Of a stretch of DNA of 64,000 nucleotides, positions 17,552 through 26,824 are shown in pieces. Made by a program: the position numbers and the translations under genes. Every line of letters begins with the position of its first letter. The stretch's first letter is position 1. The notes beneath the pieces were generated by a model. That model made no database searches. It saw nothing but the letters and a program-made list of their open reading frames with translations, and was not told the DNA's origin. Source of the stretch: an uncultured virus (IMG/VR IMGVR_UViG_3300042257_000362) (lineage: Duplodnaviria > Heunggongvirae > Uroviricota > Caudoviricetes); IMG/VR virus record IMGVR_UViG_3300042257_000362, positions 1-64,000 of that record, one strand, 5' to 3'.

Positions 17552-18277
17552 GTGATGAACATGAACTTTGATAAGAAGATACAAGAGATTATCTCTGAAG
17601 TATTGTCTGAAATAAACGATAACGAAGAGTTTCATTATGAAAAAATAAACAATGGTAGAAAAATAACTGAAGATCCTAAAATATGTATTAGTATTACGAA
17701 GGAACATTCTATTAATGAAAGGTATATTATTTCAGCGATGTCCAAACCTTCATATAAATTCTATGACAAAATTATTTGGGACGATACTAAAAAGAAAGCA
17801 ATAGTTATAGGATTTAATCCAAGTAAGAGTAGCTTCACAAAACTTGATAAGACAAATCATAACATGTCAACTCTTTTATCTAATCAATATGGTGGATACC
17901 ATTTACTTAATATATATCCAATTGTCTCGCCTAATCCTGATGAAGTAGACGATGATTTGATAAATACATCATTTATACAAAAATTAGCCGAGATTCTAAG
18001 AGAAAATAATTCACTGAAGAAAGATGATAGGTTAAATTTAGTTTTAATGTGGGGTGTGACTTTGAAGGTTCCTAAAGATGGATTATTTAGTGAACTAGAA
18101 AAGGCAAAAAAAGAAGGGATATTATATTGTACAGCTGTTACCAATCAAAATGGAAGTACAACATTCGTTCATGGGAGTGCCAGAGGATATGCACTAGAGG
18201 ACATAAAAATAAGTGAAGTTCAGGAAATTAAACAGGGTAGCAAATATTTAATTGTGACCCCCACCCCAATACCTTAG
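17552..18277 (+). CDS. DUF1643-like protein (moron)
   Basis: VIGFNPS...DKT, LLNIYP and VLMWG motifs. Confidence 0.65.
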   Translation: MMNMNFDKKIQEIISEVLSEINDNEEFHYEKINNGRKITEDPKICISITKEHSINERYIISAMSKPSYKFYDKIIWDDTKKKAIVIGFNPSKSSFTKLDKTNHNMSTLLSNQYGGYHLLNIYPIVSPNPDEVDDDLINTSFIQKLAEILRENNSLKKDDRLNLVLMWGVTLKVPKDGLFSELEKAKKEGILYCTAVTNQNGSTTFVHGSARGYALEDIKISEVQEIKQGSKYLIVTPTPIP

Positions 18278-18340
18278 ATATGTTGCGAAGGGTACCGCGT
18301 AAGGGGGCGCTTAAGAAACACGAGGCAAATATTTTGAAAA
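18257..18340. other. Candidate cos/packaging-initiation region
   Basis: GC-rich island CCCCCACCCC...GGGTACCGCGTAAGGGGGCGC...AAACACG between HNH and terminase genes. Confidence 0.5.
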
Positions 18341-18378
18341 TATGAACATTAGTTTGTATGAACAAGAAGGAGTTAACT

Positions 18379-19206
18379 ATGATTAGACAATATGTAGATG
18401 AGTATTTAGAAGATGTTGTTGAACTTATAAATGAAAAAAATATAGGTGAAACATCAGTTAGATATTATCCATCAGATAGACAAAATATTATAAGTAAAAT
18501 AAAGAAAAGAAGATTACAACCTGACGTATTACAACTCATTAATATAGAGAACTCCAAACTTGTAAGTTATGTAGAATTGTTAGAAGATAAATCAGAAAAA
18601 TATCTACAGTTATTAGCACACTTTTCACATGTAAAATACAATAAAAGTTTACATGATTATTTCTGTTTTATTTTAGAAAAATATAAAGGTTATAGCTTAC
18701 ATTATGTTTTAAGTGATTTTAATACCAATACAATAAAGTTTATGAAGTCAATAGGGGCAACAGATGATGGATATGAAAAGATGATGCATATAGCAATTGG
18801 CAATTTTAAATATGTGAAGAGCGAAACTATTTATCCAATTGATGAAAAACATAAGGAACAGTTTTGCAAACTTCATAATCAGCTTTTTAAGGAAGCATAT
18901 TGGACTGGAGAACTATTACTTAATGAAGGTAGGTTTGATATTCTTGTTTCATTAGAAGAAGACAAAATAAATGGATATGTAGTTATTTCATGCTTTGGTA
19001 ATGAGGAAGAGGAAATTTACTTTATTTATGCAGATAACATTAATACAAAAATTAATCTCTATAGAGAAGCTTTGAATAAAGGTTTTAGAACTGCACAAAG
19101 AGTCCAAGTTTTGCTTAGTCATGATGAGGAATATGAGCTACCACAATTAGAGTCTTTAGGATTTACATTGAAGGAATCAATTATTACATTTTTTCTAAAG
19201 ATTTGA
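18379..19206 (+). CDS. Hypothetical protein, possible tandem GNAT-like fold (moron)
   Basis: AT-rich ORF; FMKSIGA and LESLGF..KE half-ends resemble GNAT domains; start re-assigned using AAGGAG. Confidence 0.5.
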   Translation: MIRQYVDEYLEDVVELINEKNIGETSVRYYPSDRQNIISKIKKRRLQPDVLQLINIENSKLVSYVELLEDKSEKYLQLLAHFSHVKYNKSLHDYFCFILEKYKGYSLHYVLSDFNTNTIKFMKSIGATDDGYEKMMHIAIGNFKYVKSETIYPIDEKHKEQFCKLHNQLFKEAYWTGELLLNEGRFDILVSLEEDKINGYVVISCFGNEEEEIYFIYADNINTKINLYREALNKGFRTAQRVQVLLSHDEEYELPQLESLGFTLKESIITFFLKI

Positions 19207-19207
19207 G

Positions 19208-19537
19208 ATGATATCTATGATTAATATTGAATACAAGCGATTAAAGTCGCTTTTTTCTTTGGTCGATGAATCAAAGACAGAGTTAGTAGACAACTTAATT
19301 TATCAAGCTGCATTTATGAAAGTGGAACTTGATAAGTTACAAGATCAAATTAGAAAGTATGGAGCAATTCAGACTTCAAATAGAGGAGCACAAAGACAGA
19401 CTGAAGCAGCGAAGTATTATACGAAGCTTGTGAACTCATATGGGACAGTGATTAAAACATTGAATAGTATTCTTGGGACTCAAGTTGATGATGGAGATGA
19501 TGCGTTTGATGAATTTCTTAAAAGAGCAAGCGAATGA
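19208..19537 (+). CDS. terS: Terminase small subunit (P27-like)
   Basis: Size, overlap with terL, AAFM...YG motif and acidic DAFDEFL tail. Confidence 0.8.
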   Translation: MISMINIEYKRLKSLFSLVDESKTELVDNLIYQAAFMKVELDKLQDQIRKYGAIQTSNRGAQRQTEAAKYYTKLVNSYGTVIKTLNSILGTQVDDGDDAFDEFLKRASE

Positions 19538-21177
19538 ACTATTTAGTAGAATATTACAATGAAATCGAAAATGGAAACATCATCGTAGGTGAAGAGCTAA
19601 AGACAGAACTAGATCAGCTAATAGATGACCTAGAAAATCCACTGTATTACTTTGATGAGAAACCAGGACAACTTAGAATTGATTTCATTGAAACGTTTTG
19701 TAAGCATACCAAGTCACCATTCAATGGTATGCCATTCATCTTAGAACTTTGGGAGAAAGCAATCCTTCAAACAGCATATGGATTTAAGATGGCAGACTCA
19801 GGGCTACGTAGATTTAATGAAGTTATATTACTCATAGCACGCAAGAACGGAAAGACTACATTTGTTGCAGGTATAGATTTAGCTGAATTCTTTCTATCAA
19901 GAGGTGGAGTTGATATTGTATGTGCCTCTAATACCACAGAACAAGCCAACATCTTATTTGAAGAAATTAACAACATGCGAGAACAATCACCTGCCCTATC
20001 AAAGGAAACAAGAAGTAAGAAAAACATTTATCACATCTATTCACCAAAGACTAAGAACAAGATTAAAAAGTTATCTGCTCAATCAAGAAATAAAGATGGA
20101 TACAATATAGAAGTTGGTTGTATTGATGAAGTTCATGAAATGACAGACTCAAAAGTCTATGACGCAATCAAACAATCACAATCGACAAAGAAAGAACCAC
20201 TAATATTTATCATAACCACTGAAGGTACTACAGTCGGTGGCTTTTTAGATAGCAAGTTAGATTATGTTAGGAAGATGCTGAAAGGTGAAATCAATGATAA
20301 TAGAGTGCTACCCTGGCTCTACACACAAGACTCCACCAAAGAGATATACGAGGATCAAACCACATGGCAAAAGTCGAATCCTAGTATTGGGGTTGTTAAG
20401 TTAAACAATTACCTAGAAGATGTTATGAACAAATCGAAACATGACTTATCCACAAGGGTTACGATGCTATGTAAAGACTTTAATATTAAACAAGCAGATT
20501 CAGGTTCCTGGTTATCGTTTGATGATTTAAACAATGAAGACAGATATTCAATTGAAGATCTAAGAGATAGTTATGCAATTGGTGGTGTGGATTTATCTTC
20601 AACCACTGACTTAACTGCTGCAGTCTTGGTTATTCAAACACGAGATAGCAACAAGAAGTATGTTATTCCTCATTTCTTTATGCCAAGTGAAGTAGTTGAA
20701 AAAAGAATTAAAGAAGATAATGTTCCATATGATATTTGGATAAAAAAAGGATACATTACTCTTACTGAAGGAAATCAGAATGACTTTAGTTTAGTTACTC
20801 AATGGTTTATGAAGATGATTCAAACATATGGGATTAGACCTCTATGGGTTGGATATGACCCCTGGAATTCTCAGTACTGGATAAAAGAAATGGAAGACTT
20901 AGGGTTCAACATGGAGAAGGTAAGACAAGGAATCTATTCTCTTTCAGAACCAATGAAAATCCTTGAAGCTGATTTAAAGAACAACTTAGTAAACTATAAT
21001 AACAATCCTATTCTTAAATGGTGTTTAGCTAATACACAAGCTAAGGTTGATTTGAATGGGAACATTCAACCATCAAAACTGAATTCTAAATACAAACGTA
21101 TTGATGGAACAGTAGCTTTAATTATTGCTTATGTTGTTTTAAATAGGTATAAGACAGATTATGAAAATATGATATAG
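19534..21177 (+). CDS. terL: Terminase large subunit
   Basis: ARKNGKT, IDEVHE, GVDLS, YDPW, RIDG motifs. Confidence 0.95.
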   Translation: MNYLVEYYNEIENGNIIVGEELKTELDQLIDDLENPLYYFDEKPGQLRIDFIETFCKHTKSPFNGMPFILELWEKAILQTAYGFKMADSGLRRFNEVILLIARKNGKTTFVAGIDLAEFFLSRGGVDIVCASNTTEQANILFEEINNMREQSPALSKETRSKKNIYHIYSPKTKNKIKKLSAQSRNKDGYNIEVGCIDEVHEMTDSKVYDAIKQSQSTKKEPLIFIITTEGTTVGGFLDSKLDYVRKMLKGEINDNRVLPWLYTQDSTKEIYEDQTTWQKSNPSIGVVKLNNYLEDVMNKSKHDLSTRVTMLCKDFNIKQADSGSWLSFDDLNNEDRYSIEDLRDSYAIGGVDLSSTTDLTAAVLVIQTRDSNKKYVIPHFFMPSEVVEKRIKEDNVPYDIWIKKGYITLTEGNQNDFSLVTQWFMKMIQTYGIRPLWVGYDPWNSQYWIKEMEDLGFNMEKVRQGIYSLSEPMKILEADLKNNLVNYNNNPILKWCLANTQAKVDLNGNIQPSKLNSKYKRIDGTVALIIAYVVLNRYKTDYENMI

Positions 21178-21186
21178 GAGGTGCAC

Positions 21187-22404
21187 ATGGCCTTATTTAA
21201 GAGAAGAAAAAAGACTGGATCATTTGATGCACTCCAGTTAATCAGTAATTTGAATACATTTTACACACCATTTGGTACTAATATATCAAAGAGTGACGTG
21301 GTTAAAATATGTATTGATCGAGTGGCAAGCCAATGTGCGAAACTCAAACCTAGATTTATTAAAACCGAAAACGATAAGACAGTAACCGAGAAAAAAGGTA
21401 GGCTGTCTTTTTTATTGAAGTATAAACCAAATGAGATCATGACACCTTATGATTTCATATACAAGACAATCACATTACTTTTGCTTAATGATAATGCGTT
21501 TGTTTATCCGAAGTTTGATAAGGACACAGGTGAACTTAAAGGAATCTATCCATTACGTCCAGTTACTGTAGAAATGATAGTAGATACCTCAGATACTTAT
21601 TTCATTAAGTTCTTATTTGATAATGGAGAATCATATATTTTGCCATACGATAACATTATTCATCTAAGACGTCATTACGGACAAAATGATATCTTTGGTG
21701 GTACTGGATCCACAGGGGATCATGAAGCAATCCTTAAAACCATATCAATCAATGATAGTTTACTTCAAGGAATTGATAATGCTGTAAAATCGTCCATGCA
21801 AATCAAAGGTATCTTGAAAATGAACGGTATGCTATCAGATACAGATAAGAAGAAACAACGTGATCTATTTGATGCAGCACTTTCTGAATCGGTGAGTCTC
21901 AAAGGTAGTTCAATTATACCGATTGACTTGAAATCAGAATACATTCCTTTGACAGTTGATCCGAAACTGATTGATAAAGACACACTCGAATTCTTACAAG
22001 CAAAGATCCTGGACTACTTTGGTGTGTCAGTGCCAATCTTTACAAACAAGTACACTGAAGATGAATATAACTCATTCTATGAGTCAACGATAGAGCCTTT
22101 TGCTATTCAACTTAGCGAGGCTTTTTCTTTAGGCTTACTTACAGACAATCAACTAGAACGTGGAGAAGAAATCATCTTTTATAGTGAAAGACTTCAATAT
22201 GCTTCATGGAACACAAAAGTAGCTGCGATTGAGAAACTCATGAGTCTTGGAATCATGTCACTTAATGAATCAAGAGCACTACTCGGATTAGAACCTATCG
22301 AAGGTGGAAATAAACGACTTCAATCATTAAACTTTGTTGATGCGGATAAAGCGAATCAATATCAAGTAGGAACGGAGGAACCTAAAGATGAAAATAACAG
22401 TTAA
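21187..22404 (+). CDS. HK97-family portal protein
   Basis: KPNEIMT, NAFVY, IIHLR, MSLNESRALLGL motifs. Confidence 0.92.
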   Translation: MALFKRRKKTGSFDALQLISNLNTFYTPFGTNISKSDVVKICIDRVASQCAKLKPRFIKTENDKTVTEKKGRLSFLLKYKPNEIMTPYDFIYKTITLLLLNDNAFVYPKFDKDTGELKGIYPLRPVTVEMIVDTSDTYFIKFLFDNGESYILPYDNIIHLRRHYGQNDIFGGTGSTGDHEAILKTISINDSLLQGIDNAVKSSMQIKGILKMNGMLSDTDKKKQRDLFDAALSESVSLKGSSIIPIDLKSEYIPLTVDPKLIDKDTLEFLQAKILDYFGVSVPIFTNKYTEDEYNSFYESTIEPFAIQLSEAFSLGLLTDNQLERGEEIIFYSERLQYASWNTKVAAIEKLMSLGIMSLNESRALLGLEPIEGGNKRLQSLNFVDADKANQYQVGTEEPKDENNS

Positions 22405-22603
22405 TGGAAAGATATCAGAAGATGCACTTAAGGTCATCTTAGAAACACAAAAGAAAAAGACGATCATCATCGATGATTATTGTAAAAAGGAAAAACTCGA
22501 GTCTCTTTTCTATAAAGACTCTGAGCTTGAATATGAATACCAAAAACAAGTAGCACCAAAACCAAAGAAAGTAGAGACTCGTAAAAATGATAAAGGAAAC
22601 TAG
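22388..22603 (+). CDS. Small hypothetical head-region protein
   Basis: Overlaps both neighbours; GGAGG upstream. Confidence 0.55.
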   Translation: MKITVNGKISEDALKVILETQKKKTIIIDDYCKKEKLESLFYKDSELEYEYQKQVAPKPKKVETRKNDKGN

Positions 22604-23177
22604 ACTCGCTGATGTCACGCTTCATGAAGAAGATGACAAGATGATATTAGAAGGCTATGCGTTAGTCTTTAATAATGAAACATTAATAGGTGATGAAGAA
22701 TATGGTTTCTTAGAAGAAATTGATTCAAGAGCTTTATCAGAAACGAAGATGAAGGATGTCCCGATGAAATACAATCATATGGACTCCTTTTTAATTATCG
22801 CTAGAACTAAGAATCAATCACTATCACTTACTGTAGATAGCATCGGTTTGAAAGTGCGTGCTGAACTTTTAGACACAAACACCAATCAAGATATCTACAA
22901 AATGGTAAGAAGTGGATTGTTGGATAAGATGAGTTTTGCTTTTACGGTTGATGAACAAGTATGGAATCGTGAAGGTAGAATTCCAAAGAGAACTATTACA
23001 AAGATAGAACGTTTGTATGATGTGTCAGTTGTGGATACTCCGGCATATGATGCAACTAGTATATACGCTCGTTCTTTAGAATCTATGGAGTTAGAACTAA
23101 AGGCTATGGAGTTAGCAGAGCAAGAAGAACAATCAAGAATTATCAAAAAACGTATTAAAATCAAATCACAAATTTAA
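22587..23177 (+). CDS. HK97-family prohead protease
   Basis: GYALVFN, YNH, MSFAF, DVSVVDTPAY. Confidence 0.92.
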   Translation: MIKETRLADVTLHEEDDKMILEGYALVFNNETLIGDEEYGFLEEIDSRALSETKMKDVPMKYNHMDSFLIIARTKNQSLSLTVDSIGLKVRAELLDTNTNQDIYKMVRSGLLDKMSFAFTVDEQVWNREGRIPKRTITKIERLYDVSVVDTPAYDATSIYARSLESMELELKAMELAEQEEQSRIIKKRIKIKSQI

Positions 23178-23191
23178 AAGGAGAAAAAATC

Positions 23192-24325
23192 ATGAACTTA
23201 GAATTAAGACGAAAAGAAATCGAGTCAAGACTGACTGAGATCAGAGGTCTTGTCGATAATGAAACAGATATTGCTAAACTTGAAGCATTGGAAACTGAAA
23301 CCACTGAACTTCAAGAAGAACGAAGTGTTATTGATAAGAAAATGTCGATTGCAAGTAAAGCAGAAATCAAACCAATTGTCATCGACAACCGCACTAAAGT
23401 TGATAAAGAGAAACTTGAACAACGTGCAGCTAGTTTACGTGAAAGTCGTGTTATCCAAGTATCAAGTGAAGAGATCTTGTTACCAGATCACACTGCTTCA
23501 GGATTAGCACCAGTACCATTTGCACAAGTATCAACGCTTGTTGATCGTGTCAATGTCATCAACCTAAATGGTGGAGAAACGTACAAGAAATCATTTGTGA
23601 AATCAAACGGTATCGCTGGTACAACACTTGAAGGACAGCCTTATAGTGAAACAGAACCTGCATTTGGTTATTTGACAATTTCCAAAGTGAAGATTACTGC
23701 GTATACAGAAATTACAGAGGAACTTGAAAAACTACCTGCTATTCCTTATCAAGCAGAAGTGTTGCGTAACATCAACATCTCACTGAAAAAGAAAATCAGC
23801 GAACAAATCTTACGTGGTGCAGGAACGACTAACACATTCACAGGTATCTTCAGTGATGCTGCAGTAGCTCTTGCGGATACAACTCCACTTGAAATTGAAG
23901 CAATCACTGATTCAACATTAGACGATATTGTTTTTGCTTACGGTGGAGATGAAGAAGTCGAAGGTGGAGCAGTTCTTATCTTGAATAAGAATGACTTACG
24001 TGCATTTGCTGGCCTTAAAACCCCAGAAGGTAGAAAAGTCCATTCAATCGATTATGTCAACAAAACAATCGATGGTATTCCTTATATCATCAACTCCAAC
24101 TGTAAAGCAATCTCAGATAGTAACACAGTAGCTGGAGAATATGGTATTGCTTATGGTGCACTTAAAAACTATGAAGTACCAGTGTTCTCACCAGTTGAAA
24201 TCGGTAAATCTACTGATTACAAATTCAAAGATGGAATCATCAGCTATAAAGCATCTGTATTCACAGGTGGTAACGTAGTCGGATACAACGGATTCCTTCG
24301 CATTAAAAAGAAAGCGGCAGCTTAA
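23192..24325 (+). CDS. HK97-family major capsid protein
   Basis: N-terminal coiled-coil delta domain; position after protease. Confidence 0.9.
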   Translation: MNLELRRKEIESRLTEIRGLVDNETDIAKLEALETETTELQEERSVIDKKMSIASKAEIKPIVIDNRTKVDKEKLEQRAASLRESRVIQVSSEEILLPDHTASGLAPVPFAQVSTLVDRVNVINLNGGETYKKSFVKSNGIAGTTLEGQPYSETEPAFGYLTISKVKITAYTEITEELEKLPAIPYQAEVLRNINISLKKKISEQILRGAGTTNTFTGIFSDAAVALADTTPLEIEAITDSTLDDIVFAYGGDEEVEGGAVLILNKNDLRAFAGLKTPEGRKVHSIDYVNKTIDGIPYIINSNCKAISDSNTVAGEYGIAYGALKNYEVPVFSPVEIGKSTDYKFKDGIISYKASVFTGGNVVGYNGFLRIKKKAAA

Positions 24326-24365
24326 TAACTAACCCTTGATAACAAAGTAAGAAAGGATTGATCTC

Positions 24366-24662
24366 ATGGCTATACTTGATATCGTAAAAAAAGCATTACT
24401 TATCCCCCAATCAGAATCATTTGCTGATGAAGAATTGAACACTCACATTAGTAGTTGTAAAGCATACCTTCAAAGCTGTGGGATCGATCCGACTTACATC
24501 AATGATGAATCTAATCCAATGATTAGCACAGTGATTATCATTTATGTGAAGACATTCTTTGGTTTTAAGAATGATGGGAGTGCAAAGGAGCTACCGAAGA
24601 CATTTGATATGTTGGTAGGACAGATAGCATTAACTAAGGGAGCAGAAGAAAATGTATCCTAA
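24366..24662 (+). CDS. Head-tail connector (gp6-like)
   Basis: LDIVKKAL...DEEL motif and position. Confidence 0.8.
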   Translation: MAILDIVKKALLIPQSESFADEELNTHISSCKAYLQSCGIDPTYINDESNPMISTVIIIYVKTFFGFKNDGSAKELPKTFDMLVGQIALTKGAEENVS

Positions 24663-24987
24663 TTCACCAAATATATCACTAAAATTATTAACCATTGATT
24701 TGGTTCAAAATAGTATTGGTTCTTCAACATACCAACTTATTAACTCAAAAGAAGTAATAGGTATCAATTTCAGTATTACCTCAAATGAATACTATGAAAG
24801 TAAACGATCAGACATTAGGATTGATATAGCACTCAAGATTCAAAGCTTCTTATACGATGGAAGTAAATACGCTGATATTGCAGGTAACATCTACAAAATT
24901 GAGCGCACGTATCAAATAGGACAGTTCATTGAACTTTACTTGAGCAAATCTAAGATCAGAAAGAGTGATATCATTGGTTACGCTTGA
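24652..24987 (+). CDS. Head closure/adaptor protein
   Basis: Position, size, YKIERTY...IELYL. Confidence 0.72.
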   Translation: MYPNSPNISLKLLTIDLVQNSIGSSTYQLINSKEVIGINFSITSNEYYESKRSDIRIDIALKIQSFLYDGSKYADIAGNIYKIERTYQIGQFIELYLSKSKIRKSDIIGYA

Positions 24988-25357
24988 TGAACTAGGTGTT
25001 GCCATTTCAAATATGGTAGAAGAATATGCTGAAGATATTATTGGAAAACTTGAAAAGAGGCTAGATGAAACTGCTCAGGAAATTGTGAAGTATATCAGTA
25101 CTCACGCACCTAGAAGTGGTGGTACGAAACCATTTGCTGATTCATTTGTTGCTGAACCAATAGGAAGTGGAATCAGTAAGACAATAGTTATCTTTTCTAA
25201 TGAGAAGGGAAAGCTAACACACTTACTTGAATTCGGTTTTACACATCGAAGTGGTAAATATGTAGGACCTAGACCTTTCATGCGTCCAGCCTATGATTTG
25301 CTTACACCAAAGATGCTAGAAGATATCAAAACGATTATTGAAAAGGGTGATAGTTAA
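24965..25357 (+). CDS. HK97 gp10-like tail completion protein
   Basis: THLLEFG...PRPFMRPA motif; start uncertain. Confidence 0.82.
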   Translation: MISLVTLDELGVAISNMVEEYAEDIIGKLEKRLDETAQEIVKYISTHAPRSGGTKPFADSFVAEPIGSGISKTIVIFSNEKGKLTHLLEFGFTHRSGKYVGPRPFMRPAYDLLTPKMLEDIKTIIEKGDS

Positions 25358-25692
25358 TGCAAGAAAAACTGGAAGCATTATATGATACTTTGAACTCCGT
25401 TTTACCTGGAAAGGTATCTTATGGAACCAGAGTAGGTTTAGAAGATGATCCAAACTATATCATCTATCAAGAATTAAGCAATCGATCAATTGTCTATGCT
25501 GATGATAGAGTAGTTGCAAAGGTAGCTACATTTCAAGTCAGTTTAATTACTGAAAAGAAGAACTTAGGACTAGAAGAACAACTAGAAACATCCCTTTATT
25601 TTATGGGATACGAATTTGAATTATTATCTGAATTTGTCAATGAAGACAGTTCAGTTAACAGAGTATATGAAATCAAACAGGAGGTATTTTAA
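25357..25692 (+). CDS. Tail terminator-like protein
   Basis: PNYIIYQ...YADD motif; precedes major tail gene. Confidence 0.7.
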   Translation: MQEKLEALYDTLNSVLPGKVSYGTRVGLEDDPNYIIYQELSNRSIVYADDRVVAKVATFQVSLITEKKNLGLEEQLETSLYFMGYEFELLSEFVNEDSSVNRVYEIKQEVF

Positions 25693-26259
25693 ATGAGTAA
25701 TAAAGTTACATTTGGTTTAACTAACGTACACTATGCACTTGCTACTCAAGCTGAAGATGGTAGCTGGACTTTTGCTACACCTAAACGTTTAGAAGGCGCA
25801 CAAGAAATTACAACTGAAGCCATCGGTGGTAGCACACAAGTATATGCAGATGATAAAGTGATTGCCACATTAGTATCCAATTCAGGATCTAACGTCACAC
25901 TTAAATTTACGGAGATTGATGATGTGTTCAAAAAAGACATCTTTGGTGTTCTAGAAGATACAAATGGTAATCTTGTAGAGGTTGTAAATGGCGAAACAAA
26001 AACATTTGCTTTAGGATATGAGATTCAAGGTGATATTAAAGCGAGACGTATTTGGTATTTCTTATGTACGGCTACTCCATCAGGAGATGCGAGTAAATCT
26101 AAAGCTGATTCAATTGAAGCAAACTCCATCACACTAAACATTACAGCTAGACCAATCGAATCTGGAGACAATCTTATTCTCAGAGTAATTGCAGGTGTTG
26201 GCGATACAAACTATGCATCATTCCTAACTACTGCACCAGCATTACCTACATTTATTTAA
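25693..26259 (+). CDS. Major tail protein (phi13-like)
   Basis: NKVTFGLTNVHYA...YADD. Confidence 0.88.
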   Translation: MSNKVTFGLTNVHYALATQAEDGSWTFATPKRLEGAQEITTEAIGGSTQVYADDKVIATLVSNSGSNVTLKFTEIDDVFKKDIFGVLEDTNGNLVEVVNGETKTFALGYEIQGDIKARRIWYFLCTATPSGDASKSKADSIEANSITLNITARPIESGDNLILRVIAGVGDTNYASFLTTAPALPTFI

Positions 26260-26273
26260 GGAGATAATCACAT

Positions 26274-26627
26274 ATGGAAAAGACACTTAAACTGGGTGAC
26301 AAGGATTATCGCCTTCATTCATCACTATATACGATTATTGACTATCGTAATGTATTCTCAACCGAGTTATTTAATGATATCAAGAAGTTAGAAAAAACGA
26401 ACATTAAAAAAGAAGATGATATATCGACTGTGATTGACACCATTTTCCGAATTATCTATGTTCTTCATAGGCCTTTCAGCAAACAATCCTACAACGACTT
26501 CTTAATGTCATTGGACTTCTCTGTATTAAGTAATCAGAGTGAGTTGGAAAATCTGACGAATACGATAGGTGAAATGCTGGGTACGTTTCAAAACGGATCC
26601 ACACCCAAACCACCCACAAAGAAATGA
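26274..26627 (+). CDS. Tail assembly chaperone
   Basis: Position between major tail and tape measure genes. Confidence 0.72.
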   Translation: MEKTLKLGDKDYRLHSSLYTIIDYRNVFSTELFNDIKKLEKTNIKKEDDISTVIDTIFRIIYVLHRPFSKQSYNDFLMSLDFSVLSNQSELENLTNTIGEMLGTFQNGSTPKPPTKK

Positions 26628-26811
26628 TGATGTAAACATAACAGCGAACATCATATTCAATCTTGCTCATTTAGGAATCTCTATTGAAGATACAAAGAAC
26701 TTTGATATAAATACCTATTTTGAGATTGTAGAACTTGAAATGAATGTTATTACAGGGAAACAGTCTTCAAAAAGAGCGACACAGAATGATATTGATAAAT
26801 TCCTGTTATAG
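26587..26811 (+). CDS. Tail assembly chaperone C-terminal extension (probable +1 frameshift product)
   Basis: Overlapping +1 frame without RBS; ends ATQNDIDKF. Confidence 0.55.
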   Translation, partial: FKTDPHPNHPQRNDDVNITANIIFNLAHLGISIEDTKNFDINTYFEIVELEMNVITGKQSSKRATQNDIDKFLL

Positions 26812-26824
26812 GAGGTGAATATTA

